Assembly (NCBI RefSeq): GCF_011386835.1
Contig: NC_088793.1
Location: 115,692,001 to 115,756,000, forward strand
Reading direction: 5' to 3'
Source: Chrysemys picta bellii
Lineage: Eukaryota
DNA length: 64,000 nucleotides
The position numbers and the translations under genes were made by a program. This document shows positions 63,646 through 64,000 of this stretch, piece by piece (positions within the stretch are counted from its first letter, which is position 1; the number at the start of each line of letters is the position of its first letter). Under the pieces are notes generated by a model, which saw nothing but the letters and a program-made list of their open reading frames with translations, did no database searches and had not been told where the DNA came from.

Positions 63646-63887
63646 CAGGGCCAGCTCCAGCATTTCTGCCGCCCCAAGCAAAAAAAAAAAAAAAAAGCCA
63701 TGATCGTGATCGGCGGCGGCAATTGGAAAAAAAAAAAGCTGCGATCAGTGGCAGCAGTTCAGCGGCAGGTCCTTTGCTCCTAGAGGGAATGAAGGACCTG
63801 CCGTCCCCGAATTGCCGCAGGTGCCGCCCCTCTCCCTTGGCCGCCCCAAGCACCTGCTTGTTAAGCTGGTGCCTGGAGCCGGCCCTG
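63646..63887. mobile_element. GC-rich non-autonomous hAT element
   Basis: TIRs CAGGGCCAGCTCCAG / CTGGAGCCGGCCCTG; perfect 8-bp TSD CTCCTATG; same family as 30726-30911. Confidence 0.92.
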
Positions 63888-64000
63888 CTCCTATGGCACA
63901 CTCCTCCCTGTGGCAATGGAAACCATCCGGCCAATAGTCAGAACTAGGATCTCCATTATGACAGCACTTCTGGGACATAAAGCTACTCCAGCACAACTGT

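Noticed and set aside
349-63996. Remaining short ORFs in the supplied track
   Set aside because: Apart from the VIP-overlapping, CR1 and Penelope frames, they show no domain motifs and mostly lie in repeats or on opposite strands of each other.

Overview
Vertebrate genomic DNA, almost certainly a turtle: it carries a tortoise-type tRNA-derived Pol III SINE, turtle-like CR1 3' ends and a sauropsid-type VIP peptide. The one gene I can support is a complete VIP gene (prepro-vasoactive intestinal peptide with PHI) on the + strand. It has a non-coding exon 1 (~16198-16412) and six coding exons (17697-24233) that splice into a 203-aa precursor encoding PHI-27 and VIP-28. Its regulatory set is recognisable: TATA box, CRE, an RE1-like site in exon 1, and an upstream NFAT/STAT/AP-1 cluster resembling the mammalian cytokine response element. 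All of this lies in a ~4.4 kb CpG-retaining domain. The rest is intergenic and rich in transposons: solo LTRs (some nested), CR1 fragments, MIR-like and Pol III SINEs, hAT and Harbinger-type MITEs, and two Penelope-like insertions. The most unusual structures are in the Penelope-like elements. There are three minimal hammerhead-ribozyme motifs (one intact, one core variant, one dead), an inverted pseudo-LTR, and a 33-bp piece of nearby genomic DNA copied into the element's internal junction. All family names come from motif recognition by eye; no searches were run.
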